Shown: piece after piece, positions 1 through 13,100 of the stretch
Position numbering within the stretch: the stretch's first letter is position 1
How the letters are laid out: every line of letters starts with the position of its first letter
Source of the DNA: Macrostomum lignano
Lineage: Eukaryota
Direction: 5' to 3'
DNA length: 64,000 nucleotides
NCBI GenBank assembly: GCA_002269645.1
Contig: NIVC01002393.1
Location: 62,001-126,000 of the forward strand
Position numbers and translations under genes: made by a program
Notes under the pieces: generated by a model
Seen by the model: the letters and a program-made list of their open reading frames with translations, nothing else
Database searches by the model: none
What the model was told of the DNA's origin: nothing

Positions 1-63
1 ATTGCTAGTATAGTACTATTAATATAGACTAGTTTCTCCGAATTTCAAACAGCCACTCTGCAG

Positions 64-450
64 AGCTGGTCCCTATTGTTGCACGGCACCGCCGACCTAC
101 CGGCGCATCAGGTGATGCCGCTGGTGCCGAAACCTCGACGTGCCGCCTTCTCAACTGGCGACGACTACGGCGGCGGTGTGGCCGGGGCGGACGGGACCGG
201 CTGGGCGGACGCGAGCCGGGGTGGCGGCCGACGGGAGACAGCAGCGGCAGCTGGCGCAGGCAGCAGTTATAACAAAAACAACAATAACTATTATTACTAC
301 GGCGTTCGATACAGCCCAGCTGCTGAAGTTAACCACGGTGGGCAAGACGCAAATTCCGCCTGCGGCAGGTTGAAAGCTTTGAGTAGCTTTTTACTGAAAA
401 TGCTCAGCTGCTTATTGCTGCTCAGGGCTATGCAGTTTGAGCACAGTTGA
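64..450 (+). CDS. Possible terminal coding exon of a gene starting upstream of the window (Gly/Ala/Asn/Tyr-rich, unknown product)
   Basis: Acceptor-like ctctgcag|AGC at 62-63 is in frame with the 76..450 ORF. The segment is GC-rich with AAC/TAT runs like other exons here. No recognisable domain. Confidence 0.25.
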   Translation, partial: SWSLLLHGTADLPAHQVMPLVPKPRRAAFSTGDDYGGGVAGADGTGWADASRGGGRRETAAAAGAGSSYNKNNNNYYYYGVRYSPAAEVNHGGQDANSACGRLKALSSFLLKMLSCLLLLRAMQFEHS

Positions 451-664
451 ACACATTGACAGGCTGATGTTCTGCCTTGTTAAGCAATATTTAATTTTGC
501 TTAATTCGTCAACTTCTGGAGCGAACGAACAATGATCGACCTTTGAATAGCTAACTTTGACACTTTCTGTTTATCGCGCTTCCACGTTTCAAAATGCACG
601 ATTAGGGTACGTTTGTCAGCAGTATGTGAGCGGGCGCCAAAAGCAGCCTGCACATTGGCGCTTA

Positions 665-2190
665 AACTGAAACAGCCCAAATACAGGCGCCACAAACAAC
701 CAAATATAGGCGCTAAATAAAACACCCAAATATAGGTGCCTAAAACACCCAAATATAGGCGCCTAAAACACTCAAATATAGGCACTTAAAACACCCAAAT
801 ATAGGCACCTAAAACACCCAAATACAGGCGCCTAAAACATCAAAATATAGGCGCCTAAAACACTAAAATATAGGCGCCTAAAACAACCAAATATAGACGC
901 TTAAAACACCCAAATATAGGCACCTAAAACACCCAAATATAGGCACCTAAAACACCCAAATATAGGCACTTAAAACACCCAAATATAGGCGCCTAAAACA
1001 CCCAAATATAGGCACTTAAAACACCCAAATATAGGCGCCTAAAACACCCAAATATAGGCGCTAAAGCAACCCAAATATAGGTGCTAAAACAACCCAAATA
1101 CAGGCGCCTAAAAAACCCAAAAATAGATGACCAAAAAACCTTAATATAGGCGCTAAAACAACCCAAATATAGGCGCTAAAACAACCCAAATGCAGGCGCC
1201 TAAAAAACCCAAATATAGGCGCCTAAAACATCCAAATACAGGCGCCTAAAACACCCAAAAATAGATGACCAAAAAACCTAAATATAGGCGCTAAAACAAC
1301 CCAAATACAGGCGCCTAAAAAACCCAAATATAGGCGCCTAAAACATCCAAATACAGGCGCCTAAAACACCCAAAAATAGATGACCAAAAAACCTAAATAT
1401 AGGCGCTAAAACAACCCAAATATAGACGCCTAAAACACCCAAATATAGGCGCCTAAAACACCCAAATATAGGCGCCTAAAACATCCAAATACAGGCGCCT
1501 AAAACACCCAAAAATAGATGACCAAAAAACCTAAATATAGGCGCTAAAACAACCCAAATATAGACGCCTAAAACACCCAAATATAGGCGCCTAAAACACC
1601 CAAATATAGGCGCCTAAAACACCCAAATACAGGCGCCTAAAAAACCCAAATATAGGCGCCTAAAACATCCAAATACAGGCGCCTAAAACACCCAAATATA
1701 GACGCTTAAAACACCCAAATATAGGCACCTAAAACACCCAAATATAGGCACCTAAAAAACCTAAATATAGGCGCTAAAACAACCCAAATATAGGCACCTA
1801 AAACACCAAAATATAGGCACCTAAAACACCCAAATACAGGCGCCTTAAACACCCAAATATAGGCGCCTAGAACACCCAAATACAGGCGTCTAAAACACCC
1901 AAATATAGGCACCTAAAACACCCAAAAATAGGCGCTAAAACACCCAAATATAGGCGCCTAAAACACCCAAAAATAGATGACTAAAAAACCTACATATAGG
2001 CGCTAAAACAACCCAAATATAGGCGCCTAAAACACCCAAATATAGACGCCTAAAACACCCAAATATAGGCGCCTAAAACACCCAAATATAGGCGCCTAAA
2101 ACACCCAAATATAGGTGCCTAAAACACCCAAATATAGGTGCCTAAAACACCCAAATATAGGCGCCTAAAACACCCAAATACAGGCGCCAG
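665..2190. repeat. 23-bp minisatellite (aaatataggcgcctaaaacaccc)n
   Basis: Direct tandem periodicity, e.g. units at 1441 and 1464. Explains ORFs 501..785 and 1706..1912. Confidence 0.95.
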
Positions 2191-2654
2191 ACAAAAACCA
2201 ACCCATACTATAGGCACCAGAAACATAACTAAAAAACGCAGCGGTTATCAAACTTGTCACATTGAGAGATGCATTTCCCAACAAAATGACCCATCAACAC
2301 ACCTCATGTTTCATTTGGCTTGTGCTTACAAACTTTATAACACCGTTTCCCGCCATATTTACCCTTGCATAGAAAATTGCCTCATTACTTGTCAATAATG
2401 TCTATTTACTCATAAACACGTGGATTTTTCGTATTGATTGAAAAACAGAGCAAATTATCATATCACCCTGCTTGCTGAATGCTGAATATTTATCGTGCAA
2501 TATTGAATGACACTGTATCATACTAACCGGAGACACCCTTAGCCGAATGCAAGGCAAAAAAGGAAAATGCAACAATAAAACATTGAATTTTTGTTAGAAA
2601 ATAGCATACATAATATTCTACAATTTTTTTAATCAGTTTCTTGACTTGCTTAAG

Positions 2655-3400
2655 TGGGATAGCGGAGTGAGGTGGGTGCCAGAGTGGGGCTGCGAAGTGA
2701 GGTGGGTGCTAGAGTGGGGTTGTGGAGTGAAGTGGGTGCCAGAGTGGGGCTGCGGAGTGAGGTGGGTGCTAGAGTGGGGTTGTGGAGTGAGGTGGGTGCC
2801 AGAGTGGGGCTGCGGACTGAGGTGGGTGCTAGAGTGGGGTTGTGGAGTGAAGTGGGTGCCAGAGTGGGGCTGCGGAGTGGGGTGGGTGCTAGAGTGGGGT
2901 TGCGGAGTGAGGTAGGTGCTAGAGTGGGGTTGTGGAGTGAGGTGGGTGCCAGAGTGGGGCTGCGGACTGAGGTGGGTGCTAGAGTGAGGCTGCGGAGTGA
3001 GGTGGGTGCTAGAGTGGGGTTGCGGAGTGAGGTGGATGCCAGAGTGGGGCTGCGAAGTGAGGTGGGTGCTAGAGTGAGGCTGCGGAGTGAGGTGGATGCC
3101 AGAGTGGGGCTGCGAAGTGAGGTGGGTGCTAGAGTGAGGCTGCGGAGTGAGGTGGGTGCTAGAGTGGGGTTGCGGAGTGAGGTGGGTGCTAGTAGGGTTG
3201 GGGAGTGAGGTGGGTGTCAGAGTGGGTTGTGGAGTGAGGTGGGTGCTGGAGTGGGGTTGCGGAGTGAGGTGGGTGCTACGAGTATAGTGGGGTTGTGGAG
3301 TGAAGTGGGTGCCAGAGTGGGGCTGCGGAGTGAGGTGGGTGCTAATGGGGTTGCGGAGTGAGGTGGGTGCCAGAGTGGAGTTGCAAAGTGAGGTGGGAGG
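2655..3400. repeat. 30-bp G-rich minisatellite (gagtgaggtgggtgctagagtggggttgcg)n
   Basis: Tandem units; ORFs repeat every 10 aa (VGARVGLRSE). Confidence 0.95.
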
Positions 3401-4184
3401 TCGTGTCGCAAGCCATAAAAAAGAAAGACAAAGATGGTTTTTTAATTTTTTAATGACTGAATAATCGCTATTGTTTATATCCTAGCATACAAAATAAAAA
3501 ATTCATGTATATTTACATAAATTATCTAATATTAATGACACATAAAGCAGCAGTAATAATATTACTAAAGCAGAATATGATTTACTCAAAAAACGAATTT
3601 ATTGCTGATGGTCAGACTAACAAGCGGGCTTTGTTGCAGACGTCGTAAACACAGCCATAAATTTTACAAACTCTCATGCATACTACTATTAGTACAGAAA
3701 ATGAGTAAACTTGTTAAACACACACGACAAATAGACAAAAATCGAATTTAGCTATAGTTAAATAGATGTTAATCACAATGATTTGTTTCAATTATGTGTA
3801 CGCTGTCAACAAAGCATCTGGTAGGGATTTTGGCTGGAACAAAACAGACAACAAAATTTAGAAGCGACTATAATTTTAGAGAACTATACGAGTATAAAGT
3901 TTGTCCCGCGCAACAATTGGAGCTATAAATAGTTGATCTGTGCCAATAGGGAAATTTCGATGATGAAGGGCAATTAAATCCTATAACAAATATGACGCTA
4001 ATGAAATGACAATAAATGGTACGGAATTGTCTGATATTATAAAAACAAATCGAGATTTTATTGAATCAAACGTAGAAAAAAGAACAGAGAAAAAACGCCA
4101 ATATTTCTACTTATAACGAGTTGTCAGTAGTGTAGTGGAAATATTACAACTATAATTAAAAAAGCAGGAAAAGTACAAGAACAA

Positions 4185-7100
4185 TCACAGATCGATAGTA
4201 GGCAAGTTGCACTCGTCATCGTCTGCCGTCACCGACGCCGATGCGGCACCTTCGCCCGGCGATGTCGACGAAGAAGCCGAGTCAATCGCGTCGACGATTC
4301 GGCCGCTTCGAACGCCGCCACTGCCGGGGGAGGAAGTTGTTGCCGTAGCGGAGGGAGACGTCCTGCCCGAGGCGGAGCTGTAGAAGGCTGGCGTGCCGCT
4401 GTGATGGGTGCTGCTGGTGTCCAGGCGGATCAGCCGGATCTTGTAGTGATCGGCGAGTACGCAGGCGGCCTCGTTGTTGCCGTTGCAGTAGTGAGAGGAG
4501 CTGAACACGGTCAGAAGCTTGCCCTTCTGCTGGATCTGACAGGCGAGGCGGCGGCGGGCAGGGGGAGAGTGAGTGAGGGGAAGGACCTGACTCGACCCGA
4601 CTGACCGAATCTGACCCAGCATGACCTAGAGTGACTCAGTTTGACCCAGTCTGACCTATCCTGACCCAGTCTGACCTATCCTGACCCAGTCTGACCTATC
4701 CTGACCCAGCCTGACCGAGTCTGACCTATCCTGACCCAGTCTGACCTATCCTGACCCAGTCTGACCTATCCTGACCCAGTCTGACCTATCCTGACCCAGC
4801 CTGACCGAGTCTGACCTATCCTGACCCAGCCTGACCGAGTCTGACCTATCCTGACCCAGTCTGACCTATCCTGACCCATCCGGACCCATTCCTAACGCTT
4901 ACCTGAAAGCCAACCTGCTGCACCTCGTGCGCCCTGATCACGTGCGAGAATTTATTAGCCCTGAGAAAAGAGTCCAACGCTTGATAGCTGAAACAGCAGG
5001 CGGTGCCGCGGCGCTTGTTAAACGCAAAACCGACATCGCTGCTGCCGAAGTCGCTGGCATCGTCGTCAGCCGTGGCGGCCGCGGCGGCTCCAGCGGCAGA
5101 GGCCCCAGCCTGCGGCGGGTGCAACGGGTCGCTCCACATGATTTCCCAGGCTAGGGGGCTCTGATCGACTGGGCTGGGCAGCGGGCAGGGTACAGCGTTC
5201 AGGTCGCGTTCGAGACTGCGATAGAGCGACGGCCTGGGGATGCCACCGTGGACGCAGAAGATTTTCCCGTCGACTGTGGCCGCGATGGGCATGCGGTCGA
5301 AACACCGATTGACCGCCTCCCACACCTGCCAGGTGGTTGGGGTTGATGCGGCACTGTGAATCACTGTGAATGTATGGGGTAGTCTGTAGGGAAACAGGGA
5401 GAGAGAGGAGAGGAATAAAGGTAGAGGGCGATAAAAGGAGAGGGAGAGAGAGGGGAGAGGGGGGAAGGAAGGAGGCAGAGAGAGCGAGGAGAGATGGGAA
5501 GAGAGGGAGACAAGGGAGAGTTAGAGGGCAAGGAAGGGAGAGGGAGGGAGAGCAAGAGGGAAAGGAAGAGGTAGAGAGGGAGGGACGGGGAGAGGGAGAG
5601 GGAGAGAGGGAGAGGGAGAGAGAGAGAGAGGGAGAGGGAGAGGGACGTGGAGAGGGAGAGTGAGAGGTAGAGGTAGAAAGGGAGAGGGAGGGACGGGGAG
5701 AGGAAAAGGGACGTGGAGTGAGAGGGAGAGAGACGAGGAAAAGGGAGAGACGGAGGGACGGGGAGAGGGAGAGGTAGAGAGAGAGAGGGACTTAGCGAGG
5801 GAGAGGGAGAGGTAGAGGGAGAGGGAGGGACTGGGAGAGGGAGAGGGAGAGGTAGAGGGAGAGGGACGTGGAGAGGGAGAGTGAGAGGGAGAGGTAGAGA
5901 GGGAGAGGGAGGGACTGGGAGAGGGAGAGGTAGAGGGAGAGGGATGTGGAGAGGGAGAGTGAGGGAGAGGTAGAGAGGGAGAGGGAGAGAGAGACAGATA
6001 GTACAGATAGCACAGAGTACACAGTGAAGCGCTCATCCCCAACAGCCAGCCCATACCTGCAGTCCGTAGGAGTCGCCAAACTTGGCCATGCACTCGCGCT
6101 TGAAGGTGAAGTTCTCCTGAATGTCTCTGATCTCGTGATTGCCCCGCAGCAGAATAAATTTCTTAGGCGACATGGCCTTCTGAGCGAACAGATAGCTGAC
6201 AACCTCAACCCCAAACTGGCCCCGATCAACGTAATCGCCTAGAAACAGGAAATTAGCAGGCGACAGGTGCGTGCCTAAACGCCAGAGCACCTTCTCGAAG
6301 CAGACTAAATCGTGATAGTTGCCGTGAATATCGCCCAGAATGTATGTTGGACTTCGCAGTTTAACCATTCGAGGCTCTTCAGAGAATACCGTTTGAAGCA
6401 TTTCGCATAGAGACAGAAGGCACCTGGCCAGGCCTTTCATCTCTACTTGACCCCAGTTCATTGCGGGCTTGTCCTCCAGCTGCGGTTGCTGCCCGGATGA
6501 GGAACCGGCAGCTGTAGAGCCGCGACAGGCGCGCTCGAAGTAGCGCAGACCGTTGATCATTTCGTTGGGGTGCGATCTGGGATTTTCAGGCGGGCGGTGA
6601 TGCAGCGTCAAGTACTCGGGTAGATAAGGAGAATTTCAGATTAATAAGTTTACGGCAGATGCTGGTGGTATTGGGAGTAGATTAGGGTAGATTCTGGTGG
6701 TAGTTTAAAGTAGATTCTGAGGGTAGCTTAGATTAGATTCTGAGAGTAGTCTAGGGTAGATTCTGATAGTAGTTGAGGGTAGATTCTGATGGTAGTCTAG
6801 GGTAGATTCTGATGGGAGTTAAGGGTAGATTCTGATGGTAGTTTACGGTAGATTCTGATGGTAGTTTATGGTAGATTCTGGGGGTAGTTTAGGGTAGATC
6901 CTGAGAGTAGTTTAGGGTAGATTCTGAGAGTAGTTTACGGTTGATTCTGGTTGTAGTTTAGGGTAGATCTTGAGAGTAGTTTAGGGTAGATATTCAGGGT
7001 AGTTAAAGGCAGTTTCTGAGGGTAGCTTAGGGCTAATTCAGAGTAGTTTAAGTTATATTTTAAGAGTAGTTCTGGGTAGAATATGATTGTACTTTAGGGT

Positions 7101-10100
7101 AGATTCTGAGGGTAGTTTACGATAGCATCTGAGCTGTTGGTAGTTTAGGGTAGATTTTGGTGGTAGCTTAGGGTAGATTCTCAGGGTAGTTTAGAGACGA
7201 TTCTTAAACCCATTCTCCAATCAGTTTAGGCTCGACTTTTAAGGGTATCGTCTTTGAGCAGTAATCTATTTTTAAAGAACACCCAAGCCCCGAGCCTCCA
7301 CTCATGCTAATAGCATATGTAGGACGTACAGAAAGACCCTCGTGGAAATTTTCTTTGCAGGAAGGCTTTGTCATGAAAAATATCTCGAAGAATTAGATGC
7401 GCAGACACACACTGGGCGCAGTACAAGTAGCGATTCTTGGTCGTTTGCTAGCTTAATCAGGGCTTTAGTTGCTCCCATCTGTATTATTAAAAGTCCTGCC
7501 CCGTCCAATTAGGCGGACAAAGGAGCGGCGGGCGGATTATATGTAATGCGGCAGCTTTAATAACACGCTTGGGAGGAAATTTTCTCGTGTACTTGGCCTG
7601 GCCACTATATAATTTGACGCTTTCAAAAGTAAAGAATCGACAGTATTGAAGCATATCTATGATTTGCTAAATTATAGTCATTTATTTTTCGCTAATTAAG
7701 TGTTAATTATTAGCCTTTTTGTTCTATTTTTGGGGTTACGCACATTTCGTTTTATCTTTTGGTTTTAGTTATATCCGCTTTCTTCTATCTTCCGGGCTTT
7801 CCGGTTTCGTTATATCTGCATGGTTTTATCCATTTCATTTTATCTTTGTGATTATATCCGTTTCATTTTATCGTTGTGGTTATATCTGTTTCATTTCATC
7901 TTTGTGATTATATCCGTTTTATTTTATATTTGTGGTTGTATCTGTTTCATTACGCACATTTCGTTTTATCTTTTGGTTTTAGTTATATCCGCTTTCTTCT
8001 ATCTTCCGGGCTTTCCGGTTTCGTTATATCTGCATGGTTTTATCCATTTCATTTTATCTTTGTGATTATATCCGTTTCATTTTATCGTTGTGGTTATATC
8101 TGTTTCATTTCATCTTTGTGATTATATCCGTTTTATTTTATATTTGTGGTTGTATCTGTTTCATTTTATCTCTGTGGTTATATCCGATTCATTTTATCTT
8201 TGTGATTATATCTGTTTCATTTTATATTTGTGGTTCTATCTGTTTCATTTTATCTTTGTGATTATATCTGTTTCATTTTATATTTGTGGTTGTATCTGTT
8301 TCATTTTATATTTTTGATTATATCCGTTTCAATTTATATTTGTGGTTGTATCTGTTTCATTTTATCTTTGTGATTACATCCGTATCATTTTATATTTGTG
8401 GTTGTATCTGTTTCATTTTATATTTTTGATTATATCCGTTTCATTTTATATTTGTGGTTGTATCTGTTTCATTTTATATTTTTGATTATATCCGTTTCAT
8501 TTTATATTTGTGGTTGTATCTGTTTCATTTTATCTTTGTGATTATATCCGTATCATTTTATATTTGTGGTTGTATCTGTTTCATTTTTTTCTTTGTGATT
8601 ATATCCGTTTCACTCTTTTAGCGGTTATATCGGTGTGTTCGATCTTTAATTATATCCGCTTTGTTTTATCTATGTGGATATATCCGTTTTATTTTAACAC
8701 TGTGGTTATATCCGCATAATTCTACCGTATAACTCCATCCTTGTGTTATATCCGCTTTGTTCTATCTTTGTGGTTATATCCGTTTGTTCTATCTTCAGGG
8801 TTATATTCGTGTATTTCTATCTTTAGGATTGTGTCGGTTTTTTTCAACGCTTGGGTCATGCGTGGTTTTTATACATCATATTTAAAATTTGTTATATTTT
8901 ATGTTACTTTTGTTTAATTCTATCGGTTAAATATATTTGTGTTGAAATTTCCAAGCTTCCTTAACGCCCAATTTTTTAAGTATTCATTTATGCGCTAGAC
9001 GCATAAACCATTAATCCGTTTACTATTTTTTTACCATTTAAAAAAACATTCTACAGTCTCTGATGAATTCGATTTGCAAATAGATTAACACCCAGACTAA
9101 AACTGAGCCGACAGAGAGGGCACTCATCACTAAAATCGCTAGTGTAATGGCCAGTGTCATTCATTTGATCTCCTGCTCTAGCTCATCAAATGCACTTATC
9201 ATGTTTAAATTCTACATTTCTATACAGTTTCAAGATAGTCGTATAAGTACTTCTTAACCTCAATCACTGCTCAATCTCACTTCCTGATGACGAATTTTGC
9301 AATTTCGAATTCAAGCAATTTGTAACTAGTGATAATTTAGTCTACAGGTAAGATTGGAGTTTGGTCGGAAGCTGAATTAGATCTTTTTTCTATATTTTAA
9401 ACCACGCTTTTTCAGTATCTGCAATCTTTTTCAGCTCTGATTGCTGTTATTAGATCTATTTTATATCTACTATTTCTAACCTGTCTTATTTCTAATCTCT
9501 CTCTGTTCTCTAATCTCTCTCGGATCTCTAATCTCTCTCTGATCTCTAACATCTCTCTGATCGCTAATCTCTCTTTAATCTCCAATCTCTCTAATCGCTA
9601 ATATATATCTCAGATCGTTAATCTCTCTTTGAAATTTAATTTATCTCTGATCTCTAATCTCTCAGATCGTTTAAAATCTGTCTTTGAACTCTAGTCTCTC
9701 TTTGAACTCTAATCTCTCTCTAAACTCCAATCTCTCTTTGAACTCTAATCTCTCTCTGATCGCTAATTTCGCAATGATCTCGTAGTCTTTCTCTGATCTC
9801 TAATCTCTCTCTGATCTCTAATCTCTCTCGGATCTCTAATCTGTCTCTAAACTCCAATCTCTCTTTGAACTTTAATCTCTCTCTAATCGCTAATCTCTCA
9901 ATGATCTCGTAGTCTTTCTCTGATCTCTAATCTCTCTCTGATCTCTAATCTCTCTTGGATCTCTAATCTCTCTCTAAACTCCAATCTCTCTTTGAACTCT
10001 AATCTATCTCTGATCGCTAATCTCTCAATGATCTCGTAGTCTTTCTCTGATCTCTAATCTCTCTCTGATCTCTAATCTCTCTGAACGTTGATCTCCCTCT

Positions 10101-13100
10101 CATCAAGGCTTTCTTTCATTTTTCACTCTTTCAGTTTTGACACATTGGCCAATGCAAATGCTGTGGCAAATGCTGATTAAAGCAGAGAAAGGAAAGGAAG
10201 GATAGAGAGAGGAGATGAAGAATTCAACCCCCAGACTAACCAAAAGCTTCCTTCTGATTGGACCCCAGAGCTGCCTTTAAAAGTAGAATTCACGAACGTA
10301 ATAATAAAAGTCCCCGAAGCGCAACAGTTCAGGTACTCTGACATCACTTATTCCTTCGATCGATTGTTTAAACTCATCTCAACATTAAGCATGGATGGCC
10401 TTGACGAGAACGGGCCTCAACGCTACACCGACTACTCAATGTTGCACCTGGTGAACTGCACTAAAGACTCTGAGCACTATCAGAACGATGCCAAACTCAA
10501 ATGGCTAGTAGGCGGATTCAACAGCCTGCAGATAGTGCTAACAATAATGGGTGTTGTGCTCAACACCCTCTCCTACAGACTGCTAGGCAGCGGAGACAAC
10601 GGCAGCTCTGGCTGCGTGGAACCAAGCGAGTTAACTCAATTATTAAAATACCTTGCGGTATCTGATACAGCCTATGTGTTAATGAATTTTCTAGACAATT
10701 GCTGTCACACAGTTCAAATGATTGGCGGCGGCAAGTCTGAAACCATTTATAAACTGATGGCATACGGACATCCGCCTGTCTGGGGACTGCGAGTCTCCAT
10801 GGTAACGGTGCACAATTGGATGATGCTGCTGCTGGCCGCTTCCAGGGTACTGCGAGTGTACGCGCCTATCAGGTGGGCGACTCTAATTGTCTATTGTGAG
10901 GTGTGATCTGTCCATTGTGATCTGCGATCTGTCTATTGTGATCTGCGATCTGTCTATTGTGAGGTGCGATCTGTCCATTGTGATCTGCGATCTGTCTATT
11001 GTGACTTGTGATCTGTCTAGTGTGATCTGTGTCTATTGTGATCTGTTATTTGTCTATTGTGATCTGAAAGCTGGATAAAGTGATCTACCTAATTTTTGTA
11101 GCTGAATAGAGAGTGATCTACTTGGTTTAATACAGTTCTCTACCTAATTTAACCCCCTGTCAGCTAAAGTGAAAGAACAGCCATTGGTAATAAACAAATA
11201 GCTTAAATCACCTTTCTATGCACCCAAAAAATGACTAAGCCATTTAATGCCTGTATCTTCTTTCTGCATTCACCTTGATAAGCAACAAAGCAGACTAATC
11301 TTATCTGCAGGGTGTTTCAGGCCTAATCTCAGGTAGCAGCAAGCAAAAAGCAAATCCCAATAAAAATAGTAGATAAAGTAGCGCAATTTTCTTATTCAAA
11401 GCGAGTCGACCACGTTAAGCCTAAGGATTAGGACTACTCGTAGGATTCTTTTCGAGTAGCCTAAAGGCGGCGACAGGCAGGCTCATTAGTCTTATGAAAT
11501 GAGAGCAGAATCTAAAGCATCAACAAACAAATTGTGGTTTGAATCTGTCTTGTGTAACAACTATTACATAGGCTATAACACTGATGTTTATTCAGACTAC
11601 CGACATGTATCGTTAATAACTTCATCTGCTAGTAGCTTTAACTGAAAAAAAATTGACAAAATATTTATGGAGGCTGCAGAAGTCACAACTTTGAATGAGT
11701 TTTGAATGAACGTCGCAATGTTTAAGAACTTCTTCGACCAGTATTAGGCTTGGCGCTTGTAAAAAAATATTAGAATTAAAAAGAAGTGACTCTAAACTAC
11801 TCTAAAACTGCTCTAAAGATGTCACGGTACAAGCCGCCATAAAGTCGTCAAAGAGTCGCTAAAGAATCACTTTCAAGCGTTTTATTACCTGCGACTCAGA
11901 AACGACTCTGGGGCAACGGTATAACGACTCTGGGGCCGTAGAGTCGTATTTGAGGCGTGCTGGAGTCGCTATAGAGTGACTGAGTTGCGTTTGAGACGCA
12001 TTTGCGTCGCTTGATGAATTAGAGACATCTCTTTCGCGACTCTTTTTTTACGATTCTAAAACTGACGTGACGCGCTTGTGACGCAACAGTCGCCTCATCG
12101 TCGCATTAGACGCGTTTGAGTCGTTAAAAAGTCACAAGAGTCGCCTAAGTGTCGCTAGAGTCACTAGAGAGTCGTTTGCAATGACTAGCGATCTTTAGTC
12201 AAGGTAACGTTTTTAACGTTGGAACTTTATCTCAACGCAAAGTCTTACAAACACACCAGGAGTCGAGCACTTCAGCTACGCCAACGACTTATTCCGCTAA
12301 CCGTGTGCATCTGGCTGCTCAGTCTGGCACTCGGTCTGCCTCGGTTCTTAGAGGTGACAACTCTGCTAGGCCACGACTGCGACAAAACTACCGGTTATTT
12401 CGCTAGGATAGTAGCAACAAGGCTCATACCGGTTTACACAGCTATAGCCAATTTTGGTCTACAAGTTGGCGGACCGCTCATCCTGACAATGGTGTGCAAC
12501 GCTGTCACCATTGCTGGAGTCATCCGATCCGGACGGGAACTCAAAGCCGCTAGCTGCTTCGCTGGCAATGAAACCGGAGCAGATCAGCAGAGACGGACCG
12601 AGCGAAGAAATCAGCAAGCCTCTCGAACTGTACTCATGCTAACTAATCTGTACATTGCCTGTCAACTGCCTCAGTTAGTGTGGGGCTTTGTCACCCTGTC
12701 GTCATTGTCACCGCAGGTGTACATTACTCTAACACTGATTAGTAATTCTCTGAGCAGCCTTGACGGTTCCTGCAATTTCTTTGTGTACGCGTTAAGCAAT
12801 CCCGGATTTAAGCGCAGTTTAGAAAGAATCCAACTGTGCAATAATAACAGACAGGATCGACGGGGAACCAGCAGCAAAAGCAGAAGAAGCAGTCCAAGCA
12901 GCGCTAATCGGCTGCTGCACAGAAGAGAGCAGCAGCAGCAGCAGCAGCAGCAACAGCTGCAAGATCGATATTCTTTACTCTGCTGTCCAAGTCTTAACAA
13001 CAACAATAACTCCGCTAGAAGTTTAATATTAATGACAACGGAGGAACGGCAACAACAAAGAAGCGACGCCAATCATATCGTTGATATAAACTATGACGAT

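Noticed and set aside
6577-6640. Extension of the catalytic exon to the ORF start at 6611
   Set aside because: Only the acceptor at 6577-6578 matches the phase-2 donor at 15557 and gives the FNLRSHPNEM junction.
6690-7200. Interstitial telomere
   Set aside because: TTAGGG occurs singly inside 22-bp units, not as tandem hexamers.
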